Part shown: positions 45,428 through 54,463 of the stretch, one piece after another
How the letters are laid out: every line of letters starts with the position of its first letter
Position numbering within the stretch: position 1 is the first letter of the stretch
Source of the DNA: an uncultured virus (IMG/VR IMGVR_UViG_3300042691_011955)
Taxonomy: Duplodnaviria; Heunggongvirae; Uroviricota; Caudoviricetes
Strand: one strand, 5' to 3'
DNA: 64,000 nucleotides
Virus record (IMG/VR): IMGVR_UViG_3300042691_011955
Notes under the pieces: generated by a model
Seen by the model: only the letters and a program-made list of their open reading frames with translations
Told to the model about the DNA's origin: nothing
The model's database searches: none
Position numbers and translations under genes: made by a program

Positions 45428-45712
45428 ATGAACAGTGACTTAAAACTATTTAAATGGATAATACTACTTCTAGCGTTACCGTTAGGATTAGCATATTTCA
45501 GCGATGGTGATAGATTCCGTTACCCATGCCAAAACCCAGACAATTGGGAGAAAGCAGAATGTCAGCTACCGAGATGTGATGTAACACGAACATGCCCGGA
45601 GCATATATTCAAAGGCGGTAGAGATCCTAGACTAGGACCACCAAAGGACGGGGATACTCCAGCAATGAGTAAACCAGCTACTTCAAAAATTGATATTAAG
45701 GAATGCAAATAA
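45428..45712 (+). CDS. membrane-anchored Cys-containing protein
   Basis: TM then RFRYPCQNPDNW..ECQ.P.C.VTRTCPE. Confidence 0.7.
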   Translation: MNSDLKLFKWIILLLALPLGLAYFSDGDRFRYPCQNPDNWEKAECQLPRCDVTRTCPEHIFKGGRDPRLGPPKDGDTPAMSKPATSKIDIKECK

Positions 45713-46269
45713 TGGAACTACTAAAAAAATTCACTAAAAAAGATGAAGATACAGGAGAACACTTTATCTATACTGAAGAGCAATTAATGGCTCGCTTAAA
45801 ATTCTTTATCGGTATTTGTCTATCACTGACACTATTCGGTATTGTATTTGTTGTGCTGTATTCATTAATATTTGTAACACAGCCTTTAAACGCAATTAGT
45901 CCAATTGATCAAAAATTCTTTGAATTAATTATTCCAATTGCTACATTCTTAACAGGTACACTAAGTGGTATTATGTTAGCAGGTGGTGATAAAGATCTAA
46001 GAGCCAAAGCATTAGATGCAGCTAATAAAGCACCTACAGTAAGCCCAGCACCAACAACACCTGCACCTAGCGGATTTAGTGCTAGTGCAAGTTTTGGCGG
46101 AGCAACTGCTAGTTTCAATAAGCCAGCAGCCCCAAGTTTTGGCGCACAGCCATTAGGTGGTACTCCAATGAGTGCTGTACCAAGTTGGGGGACTATTCCA
46201 ACTTCAACACCTATGATGAGTGCTACAGGCAAACCGATGCCAGTACAAGATCCAGAACCAGAACTGTAA
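45712..46269 (+). CDS. two-TM membrane protein with P/S/T-rich tail
   Basis: two hydrophobic helices; low-complexity C-terminus. Confidence 0.7.
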   Translation: MELLKKFTKKDEDTGEHFIYTEEQLMARLKFFIGICLSLTLFGIVFVVLYSLIFVTQPLNAISPIDQKFFELIIPIATFLTGTLSGIMLAGGDKDLRAKALDAANKAPTVSPAPTTPAPSGFSASASFGGATASFNKPAAPSFGAQPLGGTPMSAVPSWGTIPTSTPMMSATGKPMPVQDPEPEL

Positions 46270-46281
46270 ACTTATTAGTTC

Positions 46282-46309
46282 AAAAAAAAGGCCCGAAGGG
46301 GCCTTTTTT
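46282..46309. terminator. bidirectional intrinsic terminator
   Basis: A run, GGCCC-GAAG-GGGCC, T run. Confidence 0.85.
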
Positions 46310-46329
46310 AATGACTGCTATTTTTCTTT

Positions 46330-46415
46330 ATTGATTCCTTCAATGATCGTTATTAAAAAATACAATGAAAAACTGCTGGATAGTAGTTGATTTCTATTGT
46401 AAATACATGTATAAT
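46330..46415 (+). promoter_or_regulatory. putative OxyR-type box and sigma70 promoter of ahpC
   Basis: ATTG-N7-CAAT-N7-ATTA-N7-CAAT (46330-46366); TTGATT-N17-TATAAT (46387-46415). Confidence 0.55.
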
Positions 46416-46505
46416 AAACTTGTTCAGGTAGAAAACTCAGTATTTACACTGAGGTAATTTTAAACTGATAATTATTATTTCATGACACACACTAAGGAGA
46501 AGTAT

Positions 46506-47045
46506 ATGAAAACAGTTGGTGATAAACTAGAAAAATTTGCAGTCACAGGTGTTAAGCCAGGACAACCAGAAGATGCGTTCTTTGAAATTACAGACGAGAG
46601 TTTTGCAGGAAAATGGAAAGTAATCGTTTACTATCCAAAAGATTTTACATTTGTTTGCCCTACAGAAATTGTAGCCTACGACAAATTGGCACAAGACTTT
46701 GCTGATCGCGATGCAGTATTGCTCACAGGTAGCACAGACAATGAGTTCTGCAAAGTTAGCTGGCAAAATGCTCACGCAGATCTAAAGAAAATTACTCATA
46801 CACAATTTGCTGATACACAGCGTGGCGAGTTGAGCTTGATTGAACAGTTGGGCGTGTTCTACGCACCAGCAGGTGCCGCACTTCGTGCAACATTCATCGT
46901 TGATCCAAACAATGAAATCCAACACGTTACTGTTAACAACTTAAACGTTGGTCGTAGCCCAGAAGAAACACTTCGTGTATTGGATGCGCTACAAACTGGC
47001 GAACTTTGCGCTTGTAATCGCACAGTCGGGGGAGAGACTCTATAA
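46506..47045 (+). CDS. ahpC: peroxiredoxin AhpC
   Basis: YYPKDFTFVCPTEI, GRSPEETLRVLDALQTGELC. Confidence 0.96.
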   Translation: MKTVGDKLEKFAVTGVKPGQPEDAFFEITDESFAGKWKVIVYYPKDFTFVCPTEIVAYDKLAQDFADRDAVLLTGSTDNEFCKVSWQNAHADLKKITHTQFADTQRGELSLIEQLGVFYAPAGAALRATFIVDPNNEIQHVTVNNLNVGRSPEETLRVLDALQTGELCACNRTVGGETL

Positions 47046-47458
47046 TGTTAGACTGCCTAATAGTAGGTGATAGCATTGCAGTTGGTACAGCAATGGCTAG
47101 ACCAGAGTGCGTAAGTTATTCAAAAGGTGGATGGAACAGTTGGCAATGGAACAAAGATTATTTGTCTAAAGCCTCCTCACAACCTGCTAAAACTATTATT
47201 ATTAGTCTAGGAGCCAATGATCACAAAGGCGTCAAGACAGAAGCAGAACTTCGTAAAATGCGAGAAGCTGTTAAGGGCGATCGAGTATTTTGGATTGACC
47301 CTGGACAAGATCGTAAACCTATTCCGCACGATGCTATTGTACGCATTGCCAAAGAATACGGTGATGTGATATTGCCTAGACCAAAAAGCCATATGAGTGC
47401 AGACGGAATCCATCCTACTGGACGTGGATATAAAATCTTAGGAGATCAAACACGATGA
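47045..47458 (+). CDS. SGNH/GDSL hydrolase-like protein
   Basis: VGDSIAVG, SLGAND, DGIHP. Confidence 0.88.
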   Translation: MLDCLIVGDSIAVGTAMARPECVSYSKGGWNSWQWNKDYLSKASSQPAKTIIISLGANDHKGVKTEAELRKMREAVKGDRVFWIDPGQDRKPIPHDAIVRIAKEYGDVILPRPKSHMSADGIHPTGRGYKILGDQTR

Positions 47459-47961
47459 GTTTTATTGAAACAATAAAAGGCGCACTACCAGACTATGCAA
47501 AGGATACCAAGTTAAATCTTGATGCTGTTTTAGTACGCAGTACACTAGACGCAGATGTAGCCTTGGGTTGTGCTGTGGCTGCACTAGCCGCAACAGGTAA
47601 CGGCAAGGTACTAAGCATCCTGTTAGCAGATGCTCCTGTACATGCAGAGTCAGCAATGACAGCCGCAAGCATTATGGCACAGAACAACGTGTGGTACCCA
47701 TTCGTTGAGATGGCTGATGATCCTGCACTCAAAGGATTGCCTGCTCAGTTACGTATGAACGCTATTGCAAGTCACGGCGGAACAACTAAAGCAAACTTTG
47801 AAGCATTTAGTTTGGCTGCTAGTATTGTGGGCAAGTGTCACTTCTGTGTTAAGGCACATTACGAGACATTGAAGACAGAAGGATACACTGTTGAACAGCT
47901 TCGTGACATTGGTCGTATTGCTAGTGTGATGAACTCAGTTGCTAAGGTTTTGAATAGCTAA
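47455..47961 (+). CDS. ahpD: alkyl hydroperoxide reductase AhpD
   Basis: LPDYAKDTKLNL, IMAQNNVWY, GKCHFCVKAH. Confidence 0.95.
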   Translation: MSFIETIKGALPDYAKDTKLNLDAVLVRSTLDADVALGCAVAALAATGNGKVLSILLADAPVHAESAMTAASIMAQNNVWYPFVEMADDPALKGLPAQLRMNAIASHGGTTKANFEAFSLAASIVGKCHFCVKAHYETLKTEGYTVEQLRDIGRIASVMNSVAKVLNS

Positions 47962-48075
47962 TTTCACGATAGTGAATTAATGATTTTCACTATGTACTTT
48001 AGGTAGTTTTGTCAGTATAATGTTTATAAGTACTAATGCAAGACAGTACTTATTTCATTAACAAGGAGAACTATT

Positions 48076-48147
48076 ATGTGGACAACACCAACAGCAACTG
48101 ATATGCGTTTTGGTTTCGAAATCACAATGTACGTGATGAATCGTTAA
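48076..48147 (+). CDS. pqqA: PQQ precursor peptide PqqA (23 aa; not in track)
   Basis: MWTTPTATDMRFGFEITMYVMNR: W-x-x-P...R-x-G-x-E-x3-Y...NR; AAGGAGA SD, TATAAT at 48016, own terminator. Confidence 0.93.
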   Translation: MWTTPTATDMRFGFEITMYVMNR

Positions 48148-48170
48148 TAGTAAAAATGTTCTAGAAAGCT

Positions 48171-48195
48171 GCCCCACTTCGGTGGGGTTCTTTTT
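48171..48195 (+). terminator. intrinsic terminator after pqqA
   Basis: CCCCAC-TTCG-GTGGGG plus T run. Confidence 0.9.
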
Positions 48196-48228
48196 GACTT
48201 AATGTTTAAATAATGTTATAGTTATCTT

Positions 48229-48771
48229 ATGATTGAATACGAATATTACGACTGGAATAATCTCATTGGTCCAAACCAACGAGAAAAATATGTCACCAAC
48301 ATCCGACGGTTGGTAGCTGACGGACAATATTGGACAAATAGTCCTCGATATCAAACAAATGTAAATATTTTTGGATTACCTGGAGAAGAATGGACTAATC
48401 TAAAAATGAGTTTTATTTGGAGTTGTTTTGCTTATCTAAAAAGAGACGTTCCAATTAAAACAATTAAAAGCTGGGGGTATATGACATCACTGTCCTACAC
48501 CGTAGAAGATAGAAATACTTATTGGCATCAGCATCTTAGACAAGATTCTAAAGTTATAAGCGGAGTATACTATCTTCAATTACCATCAGGTGTTGATATG
48601 TCAACTGCTGGAACCGAGTTCGCTCCGCAAGGGCCAGAAAACCCTGGACATCACTTCGCTGAAGCTCGAATAGGGCATTGGATCATTTGGCCCGGAAAAA
48701 CTTGGCATCGTCCAGGAATTCTGCAGAGTCAAGAAGATCGCTTTATTGTTGCGGCTGATTTAGAGTTTTAA
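48229..48771 (+). CDS. 2OG-Fe(II) oxygenase-like protein
   Basis: WHQH, ISGVYYL, GTEF, IIWPGKTWHRP, RFIVAAD. Confidence 0.8.
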   Translation: MIEYEYYDWNNLIGPNQREKYVTNIRRLVADGQYWTNSPRYQTNVNIFGLPGEEWTNLKMSFIWSCFAYLKRDVPIKTIKSWGYMTSLSYTVEDRNTYWHQHLRQDSKVISGVYYLQLPSGVDMSTAGTEFAPQGPENPGHHFAEARIGHWIIWPGKTWHRPGILQSQEDRFIVAADLEF

Positions 48772-48786
48772 TATAAGTACTTAATC

Positions 48787-49008
48787 ATGGAGAAAAAAAT
48801 GGAAGAAAAAGAAGCTAAACGCTGGGTATTTAAAGCAGAGGATATTTTTGAGGACATTCCCACAGATCCTGAGAACTGTCTAATGAAAATTCCTGAAGAA
48901 GTATCTAATGCTATAGGGCTAGCACCTGGCGATCGAGTAAAAGTTTTATGGGGTGATCAGGGCACTATTATTATAGAAAAGGCAAAAGAAACAGATGCCA
49001 AAGAATGA
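48787..49008 (+). CDS. AbrB/MazE-like small protein
   Basis: MKIPEEVSNAIGLAPGDRVKV. Confidence 0.65.
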   Translation: MEKKMEEKEAKRWVFKAEDIFEDIPTDPENCLMKIPEEVSNAIGLAPGDRVKVLWGDQGTIIIEKAKETDAKE

Positions 49009-49216
49009 CGATCTACTAGAAGTTGAGGGCGAAATAGTAGAGGTTTTACCAAATCAAACATTTAACGTACTATTAGATGTGAACAAAAGCATGATTGTCT
49101 GCTACACCAGCGGACGTATGCGTCAAAACAAAATCCGATTAGTAGCAGGAGATCGTGTAAAAGTAGAAATGAGCTCATACGATCTATCCAAAGGACGTAT
49201 TTCATTCCGTATATAA
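48995..49216 (+). CDS. infA: translation initiation factor IF-1
   Basis: LEVEGEIVEVLPN, SGRMRQNKIRLVAGDRVKVEMSSYDLSKGRI. Confidence 0.95.
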   Translation: MPKNDDLLEVEGEIVEVLPNQTFNVLLDVNKSMIVCYTSGRMRQNKIRLVAGDRVKVEMSSYDLSKGRISFRI

Positions 49217-49311
49217 TATTGGGTTTTAACTCCGATAAACTTGACTGTTAATTTTTTTCGTGTAAAGTGTAAATACAGTAGTGAATAGTTCTACTGTTTT
49301 GGAGAAGTACC

Positions 49312-49830
49312 ATGCAGATCTACACCAAAGGAAGTACACGAAAAACCCAAAAAATCGTTAAGGATTTGACTCGCTTCTGCGCAGAAATGCTCATGAGCAA
49401 GCGCCTTGCAGACGGTTTGTTGATCCGTATAGAATTTATTAAAGATCTTGACAATCAGTATGATGGCGATTGCGAGTATGTTGATGAAGAATCCCGCCCA
49501 AAAGAGTTCCTTATTAGAGTTAACAACTCATTAAAATTAAGCAAAAAACTTAGAACCATATGCCATGAAATGGTACATGTAAAACAGTATGCAACAGGTG
49601 AAATGAAATACATGAGCCGTCCTGCCCGTTTTACCAAATTCCAAGGCACACTTTACCCAGACGAATTTGACTATTGGGATAGTCCGTGGGAAATTGAAGC
49701 ATTTGGACGTGAACCCGGATTGTATACCAGATGGATCGATTCTAGAGGTCATACCAAAAACATCATTTTTGACACACGTCACGTAGACGACGATATAACT
49801 TCTGAAGAGATAGAATATATTAAAGGTTGA
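49312..49830 (+). CDS. HExxH zinc-metallopeptidase-like protein
   Basis: ICHEMVHVKQ...SPWEIEAF. Confidence 0.75.
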   Translation: MQIYTKGSTRKTQKIVKDLTRFCAEMLMSKRLADGLLIRIEFIKDLDNQYDGDCEYVDEESRPKEFLIRVNNSLKLSKKLRTICHEMVHVKQYATGEMKYMSRPARFTKFQGTLYPDEFDYWDSPWEIEAFGREPGLYTRWIDSRGHTKNIIFDTRHVDDDITSEEIEYIKG

Positions 49831-49889
49831 CTGCCGTTTAGATTGATACTATAATATGTACTGTTATAGGCAACTACTAAAGGCAACAC

Positions 49890-51089
49890 ATGGCTTACCC
49901 AAAAAAAGTAACTGATCTTTTTGGACAAGATCTTTTCAAACTACTTGGTCCCAAAAAAGATCGCGTTCAATGGAACTCGCTCTCTTTCAAAGAAAAAGAA
50001 GAGCGTATCAAACACATCCCCGTTTATATTAGTACTCGTAGACTAGGTAAAACTCCTAGCTTTGAAGACATGTTAGTGGAGTGCTTCCGTGTGCTATCAA
50101 ATCTTGGATCAAACAATCCGTTGCGTGGAATTGACTTGCCCGAATTAAACAGTCTACTGAATGCAAGCAGTATTCATAATACTCCACCATTAAATTACTT
50201 TGGCGGGCTAACTAAAGTTGAAGAACTATACAAGAACGCAGAAAAACAAAGAGATATTTTTCTGAAACACATTCTTGTTGATCTAGTGTTTCAATTTGAA
50301 CCCGGACTAGTATTTCCAGGTGTGGGGCGAAAAGATTCGCAAGGACGCATCTTTGTTAATGATGCCCAACACCGTACACTAGCATGTATGTTTTTTGGAA
50401 TTGAAGAAGTTCCTCTTAACTACATCCTAAGTGACGACGAATACTGGGACGTTCAACAATATGCGGCTATCAATATTAATAGTCTGCAATGTTCTGACTT
50501 TGACAAGTTTCGTATTCGTGTGCAACGAGGCGAAGCAAGCGTACAGGCTAAGTTCTCTGTTGATCCTGAAGACCAACTATGCATGGACATGAATGATGTG
50601 TTTCAACGCAACGATATTATTGTAGTTGAAAAGGGTGACAAAGAAGTAAGCATTAACAGCAAGGTGCTAACAGGTATTGGTAACATGGTCAAGTACTGGA
50701 AAGACTACGGCCCTAGCATTTCTACTCGTGCTATTGAGCTAAATGCTGTGATGTTCCCTACCAGCACATTTCAAACTGCTAATAGCTGGGGGCTGATGGA
50801 GTTTCTTAAAGCGCAGGATAACACTATTAATCCTATGCTAATGGACTATGCTATTCAGCAGGCAATTAAAACTTGGTTGCCCAAAGACAATCATGGTAAC
50901 AAACTGCACGATCAAATTAAAAAGAAGTGCAAAGAAGATAACGAAATCAATTCTATCCGTTTTGAGCCTATGGTGATTGCTGAAGGTATTCGACAGCTCT
51001 GCGAAGCCTACGGTGGCCCTGTAACCTGGAACTGGAATGAGCCACAGTGGACTGAAGAAAAGTTTGAGTTTGAATTGGACCTTGTTTAA
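49890..51089 (+). CDS. ParB/Srx-fold (DGQHR-like) protein
   Basis: IFVNDAQHRTLA; QQYAAININ; TTGACT-N17-TATAAT promoter at 49827. Confidence 0.6.
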   Translation: MAYPKKVTDLFGQDLFKLLGPKKDRVQWNSLSFKEKEERIKHIPVYISTRRLGKTPSFEDMLVECFRVLSNLGSNNPLRGIDLPELNSLLNASSIHNTPPLNYFGGLTKVEELYKNAEKQRDIFLKHILVDLVFQFEPGLVFPGVGRKDSQGRIFVNDAQHRTLACMFFGIEEVPLNYILSDDEYWDVQQYAAININSLQCSDFDKFRIRVQRGEASVQAKFSVDPEDQLCMDMNDVFQRNDIIVVEKGDKEVSINSKVLTGIGNMVKYWKDYGPSISTRAIELNAVMFPTSTFQTANSWGLMEFLKAQDNTINPMLMDYAIQQAIKTWLPKDNHGNKLHDQIKKKCKEDNEINSIRFEPMVIAEGIRQLCEAYGGPVTWNWNEPQWTEEKFEFELDLV

Positions 51090-51583
51090 TGTGCAATGAC
51101 TATACAAAAGTCAATGCTCTGATTGAGGAACGCAAGCAGAATCCCTTCAAAGGGTTGTGTGAAGCTACATACATCAGCGACAGAATTTATTCTGAATTTG
51201 CAAAACGCAAAGATCTTAAATGGGTCAAAGTTCAAGATCTTAGACTCAAGTATCGTTGGTCAGATGCAGAGGCTCAGCTGATGTATGCTAAAACTCTAGA
51301 CGGTTGGACGGACGGAGTTGGTGTTTACAGATTGTTTGACTTTGGTAAAGGTGAAAACAAAGTAGTTAAAGAAGATGGCATTGATAAACTGTTTCACGAA
51401 CCTCAGCATGATCATATTGTTAGTCGAGACGAAGCTAAACAATTGGGCTGGACTGATGAACAAATTAATCATCCAAATAATTTGCAGTACATTAGTGCTA
51501 TCCAAAATTTTATGAAAAGAAACTTTACCAAAAACATGTGGGAAGCAGTAAGTCCAACAGTGGGCAATCTTTTCAAAAAATAA
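51089..51583 (+). CDS. HNH-like nuclease
   Basis: PQHDHIVSR...NNLQYISAIQNFMK. Confidence 0.7.
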   Translation: MCNDYTKVNALIEERKQNPFKGLCEATYISDRIYSEFAKRKDLKWVKVQDLRLKYRWSDAEAQLMYAKTLDGWTDGVGVYRLFDFGKGENKVVKEDGIDKLFHEPQHDHIVSRDEAKQLGWTDEQINHPNNLQYISAIQNFMKRNFTKNMWEAVSPTVGNLFKK

Positions 51584-51645
51584 CTTGACAGCTAACATAT
51601 TTGAGTATATAATATACACATTACTTAGGCATTGAGAGGCATACT

Positions 51646-52470
51646 ATGAGCAAACTTCCTGACCCAAACGATCTTGATTGGGGCGCAATGAGCAAAAAAC
51701 AATTCAAGTATATGGAAATGGCTTACGAGCTTGCTGACGAAGAAGACGAAGCTCTTACTAGGCCTAAGACTCGAGTACAGCCCCTAAAGAAAAAAATGTT
51801 CAAAACTCAGGAAGTACTAGCTGTGGCATTTGCGGCTCAGGCTAGAAACAGTGGCTATGTTAAAGTTACTGAACGTTTTAACGAACCTGAGAACAAGACT
51901 CGTTTTGCAAATAAAGAACTGGTAAAATTTCATTACGCTGAACCTTCGCAGTGGATTCCACCAGACCATATTCCGTTAACAGTAACAGAAGATGACTATG
52001 AAAATGTAGACATTGCTCTTAAACATTTTAGACGCTATACTCTAGGTGTTATTGGCAATCAACTCACTGGCTTCCAGAAAGATGTATTTGATGCAGTTAA
52101 TTTGGACGAAGTGGACGGCGGAAAACTAGGTGTCTTATCCTATGTTCCAGAATTGGTAAAGCGCGAAGTTGAAGAAAATAAATTTAAGAAGCTGTTGCGT
52201 ACAGAATATCATGCTAGTCAAGACATAGGCAAAGAAGGCGATTCCATTGAAGGTGTAATGAAGATTCTTAGCCGATTCTATTCAGAGCAATGGCAGAGCT
52301 ATAACTATGTTGCTGACTATATGGGTAACCTAGTTAGCTTTATGAACAAGTACGAACACGCAGTTGACGAAAGAAAGAAGTTTAAAGCCAAAGTTAAAGG
52401 ACACGGAAAAAATAGAACTTTTGAAGTTCCTGAGACTAGGCTTAATCACGTTAAATTATATAAAGTATAA
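51646..52470 (+). CDS. hypothetical early protein, possible C-terminal OB fold
   Basis: consensus TTGACA-N17-TATAAT promoter at 51585; C-terminal KAKVKGH...ETRLNHVK. Confidence 0.6.
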   Translation: MSKLPDPNDLDWGAMSKKQFKYMEMAYELADEEDEALTRPKTRVQPLKKKMFKTQEVLAVAFAAQARNSGYVKVTERFNEPENKTRFANKELVKFHYAEPSQWIPPDHIPLTVTEDDYENVDIALKHFRRYTLGVIGNQLTGFQKDVFDAVNLDEVDGGKLGVLSYVPELVKREVEENKFKKLLRTEYHASQDIGKEGDSIEGVMKILSRFYSEQWQSYNYVADYMGNLVSFMNKYEHAVDERKKFKAKVKGHGKNRTFEVPETRLNHVKLYKV

Positions 52471-52472
52471 CA

Positions 52473-53330
52473 ATGAAAATTACAGTTGTATCAGATCTGC
52501 ATTTAGAGTTTTCTGATTGCTACGATATTAAGAACGCAGACAATGCTGATGTTCTGATTCTCTCAGGCGACATTATGGTTGCTGAGGATCTGCACGACCA
52601 TCCAAACTTTGATTTCAATCCTTATAGTCATGGTGCGTTTGCTGACCTTGGTCGCAAGCAACAACGAGTAGCCACCTTCCGTGATTTCTTAAAGCGGATG
52701 AGCAACTTGTTTCCACATGTAATCTATATTGCAGGTAATCATGAGTTCTATCATGGCAAGTGGGTTAAAGGTATTCAGTACCTCAGAGATGAGTGTGCTA
52801 AGTTTCCTAATGTCTACTTCTTAGAGCGTGATGTTAAAGTTATTGACGATGTTGTGTTTGTCGGCGGAACTTTGTGGACTGACATGAACAAGCATGATCC
52901 GTTGACTCTGCATGCTGTGCGTGATATGATGAACGATTTCCGCATCATTAAAAACGATGAAAGAGGATTCACTCCGTTAAAACCTGCTGACACAGTTATT
53001 CGTCACCGTGAAACGCTTCAGTATGTTAAGCATATTCTTAGCGAACACAAAGACAAACGCTGTGTAGTAGTTGGACATCATAGTCCTAGTTTGCAAAGCA
53101 TACACCCTACATATGCAAGTGAGTTTTTGATGAACGGTGCATATCACAGTGATTTGAGTGAGTTCATTTTGGATCATCCACAAGTCAAACTGTGGACACA
53201 CGGACATACTCATCATCCGTTTGATTATATGATTGGCGAAACACGAATTGTGTGTAACCCACGTGGTTATGAAAACGATGGTTACAGCGAAGACACAGGT
53301 TGGAATCCAAACATCATAATTGAAGTCTAA
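52473..53330 (+). CDS. calcineurin-like metallophosphoesterase
   Basis: SDLHLE, LSGD, AGNHEFY, GHHSP, HGHTH. Confidence 0.93.
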   Translation: MKITVVSDLHLEFSDCYDIKNADNADVLILSGDIMVAEDLHDHPNFDFNPYSHGAFADLGRKQQRVATFRDFLKRMSNLFPHVIYIAGNHEFYHGKWVKGIQYLRDECAKFPNVYFLERDVKVIDDVVFVGGTLWTDMNKHDPLTLHAVRDMMNDFRIIKNDERGFTPLKPADTVIRHRETLQYVKHILSEHKDKRCVVVGHHSPSLQSIHPTYASEFLMNGAYHSDLSEFILDHPQVKLWTHGHTHHPFDYMIGETRIVCNPRGYENDGYSEDTGWNPNIIIEV

Positions 53331-53565
53331 CGTGAGCGAAGATATCTTTGCTGACTGGAAGAAGAATCGGTTCATAGTGGCCGATTCTTCTCTTACCGGT
53401 ACAGAAAAACACATAATAGTTTTAACTGATTTAGCATACTGGATAGAACATGCTGATGCTCTTGTAGAATGGTGCAGACATAATCCAAAAGCACAAACGC
53501 AGGGTATGACAGTTGAAATATCAGATGACAAAACTCTAACGCATTTTATATTAAAGTGGACATGA
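53320..53565 (+). CDS. small protein of the F-x-L-[RK]-W family
   Basis: ends DDKTLTHFILKWT. Confidence 0.6.
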   Translation: MKSNVSEDIFADWKKNRFIVADSSLTGTEKHIIVLTDLAYWIEHADALVEWCRHNPKAQTQGMTVEISDDKTLTHFILKWT

Positions 53566-53819
53566 ACATAGAACAAGATATCATTAATCGGGCTGGTAAG
53601 CGAATGTCCGACGAGATAGACTTTCATATCTTATCCGAAATGTTGATTGAATTAGGTTGGACTAAAATTGTGCTCAAACCAATGACACAAGAAACAGGGC
53701 AAGTTCTTGACACTTGGGTTGAGAAAAATGTCAAAGGACCTTTTGAGACAATGGGCTTAGTGTGGTTGTTTCAAGATTCTAAAGATGCTACAATGTTTAT
53801 TTTACGGTGGGTCTCTTAA
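53556..53819 (+). CDS. small protein of the F-x-L-[RK]-W family
   Basis: ends FQDSKDATMFILRWVS. Confidence 0.7.
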   Translation: MDMNIEQDIINRAGKRMSDEIDFHILSEMLIELGWTKIVLKPMTQETGQVLDTWVEKNVKGPFETMGLVWLFQDSKDATMFILRWVS

Positions 53820-54278
53820 ATGAAAGTTATTTTCTATAAAAAAATTGGACGCAAGTACGAAGCTGTATCAGAATACGACAACGAACTATTAGATGCGTTT
53901 CCCAAAGGTGATCATTTAGTGTCCGTTTACCCAGGCGGTGGCAGTAGACGTTTTAACATTGATCCAAACTATGCGGCTATGATTGCCGCTGGGCGTGTTG
54001 CTGAAGATGCTATCTGTCGTAAGATACAGGAAGCTACAGAACTACGCCCAATGAGCAGAGAGATAGACGAACACACTCAACGCAAATGGAAAGAATTTAT
54101 TTCTGACGTGCCGGAAGAATTTCGTTTCATGTTTTCACATGGTTCTGCTCGAGATGCTGCCGAAGCTGGGGTCAAAGCCATGCAGGAAGAGGCAGACAAA
54201 TTAATGACAAATCATGCTGTGCGCAAGGCATTTGAAAAATTTTTATTGGTTGCAAATTTAACAAAGGAAAATCACTAA
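53820..54278 (+). CDS. hypothetical protein
   Basis: 152-aa ORF in operon. Confidence 0.7.
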   Translation: MKVIFYKKIGRKYEAVSEYDNELLDAFPKGDHLVSVYPGGGSRRFNIDPNYAAMIAAGRVAEDAICRKIQEATELRPMSREIDEHTQRKWKEFISDVPEEFRFMFSHGSARDAAEAGVKAMQEEADKLMTNHAVRKAFEKFLLVANLTKENH

Positions 54279-54454
54279 TGGCAAAAATTGTTCTATCATT
54301 TATCATCTTATCTTTTATTTTCTATTTTGGCATTACTGCTGTAAGATCAATGTCAGGAAAAGAGAAATGGGCCTTGACAAAAACTGTAGCATACAGTACA
54401 ATTGTCGCATTACTAGCTGTTCTAGTGATGATGGTAATCGTAATTTTATTCTAA
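54278..54454 (+). CDS. small two-TM membrane protein (58 aa; not in track)
   Basis: MAKIVLSFIILSFIFYFGITAV...IVALLAVLVMMVIVILF; AAGGA SD; TAATG coupling. Confidence 0.7.
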   Translation: MAKIVLSFIILSFIFYFGITAVRSMSGKEKWALTKTVAYSTIVALLAVLVMMVIVILF

Positions 54455-54463
54455 GGAAACACA

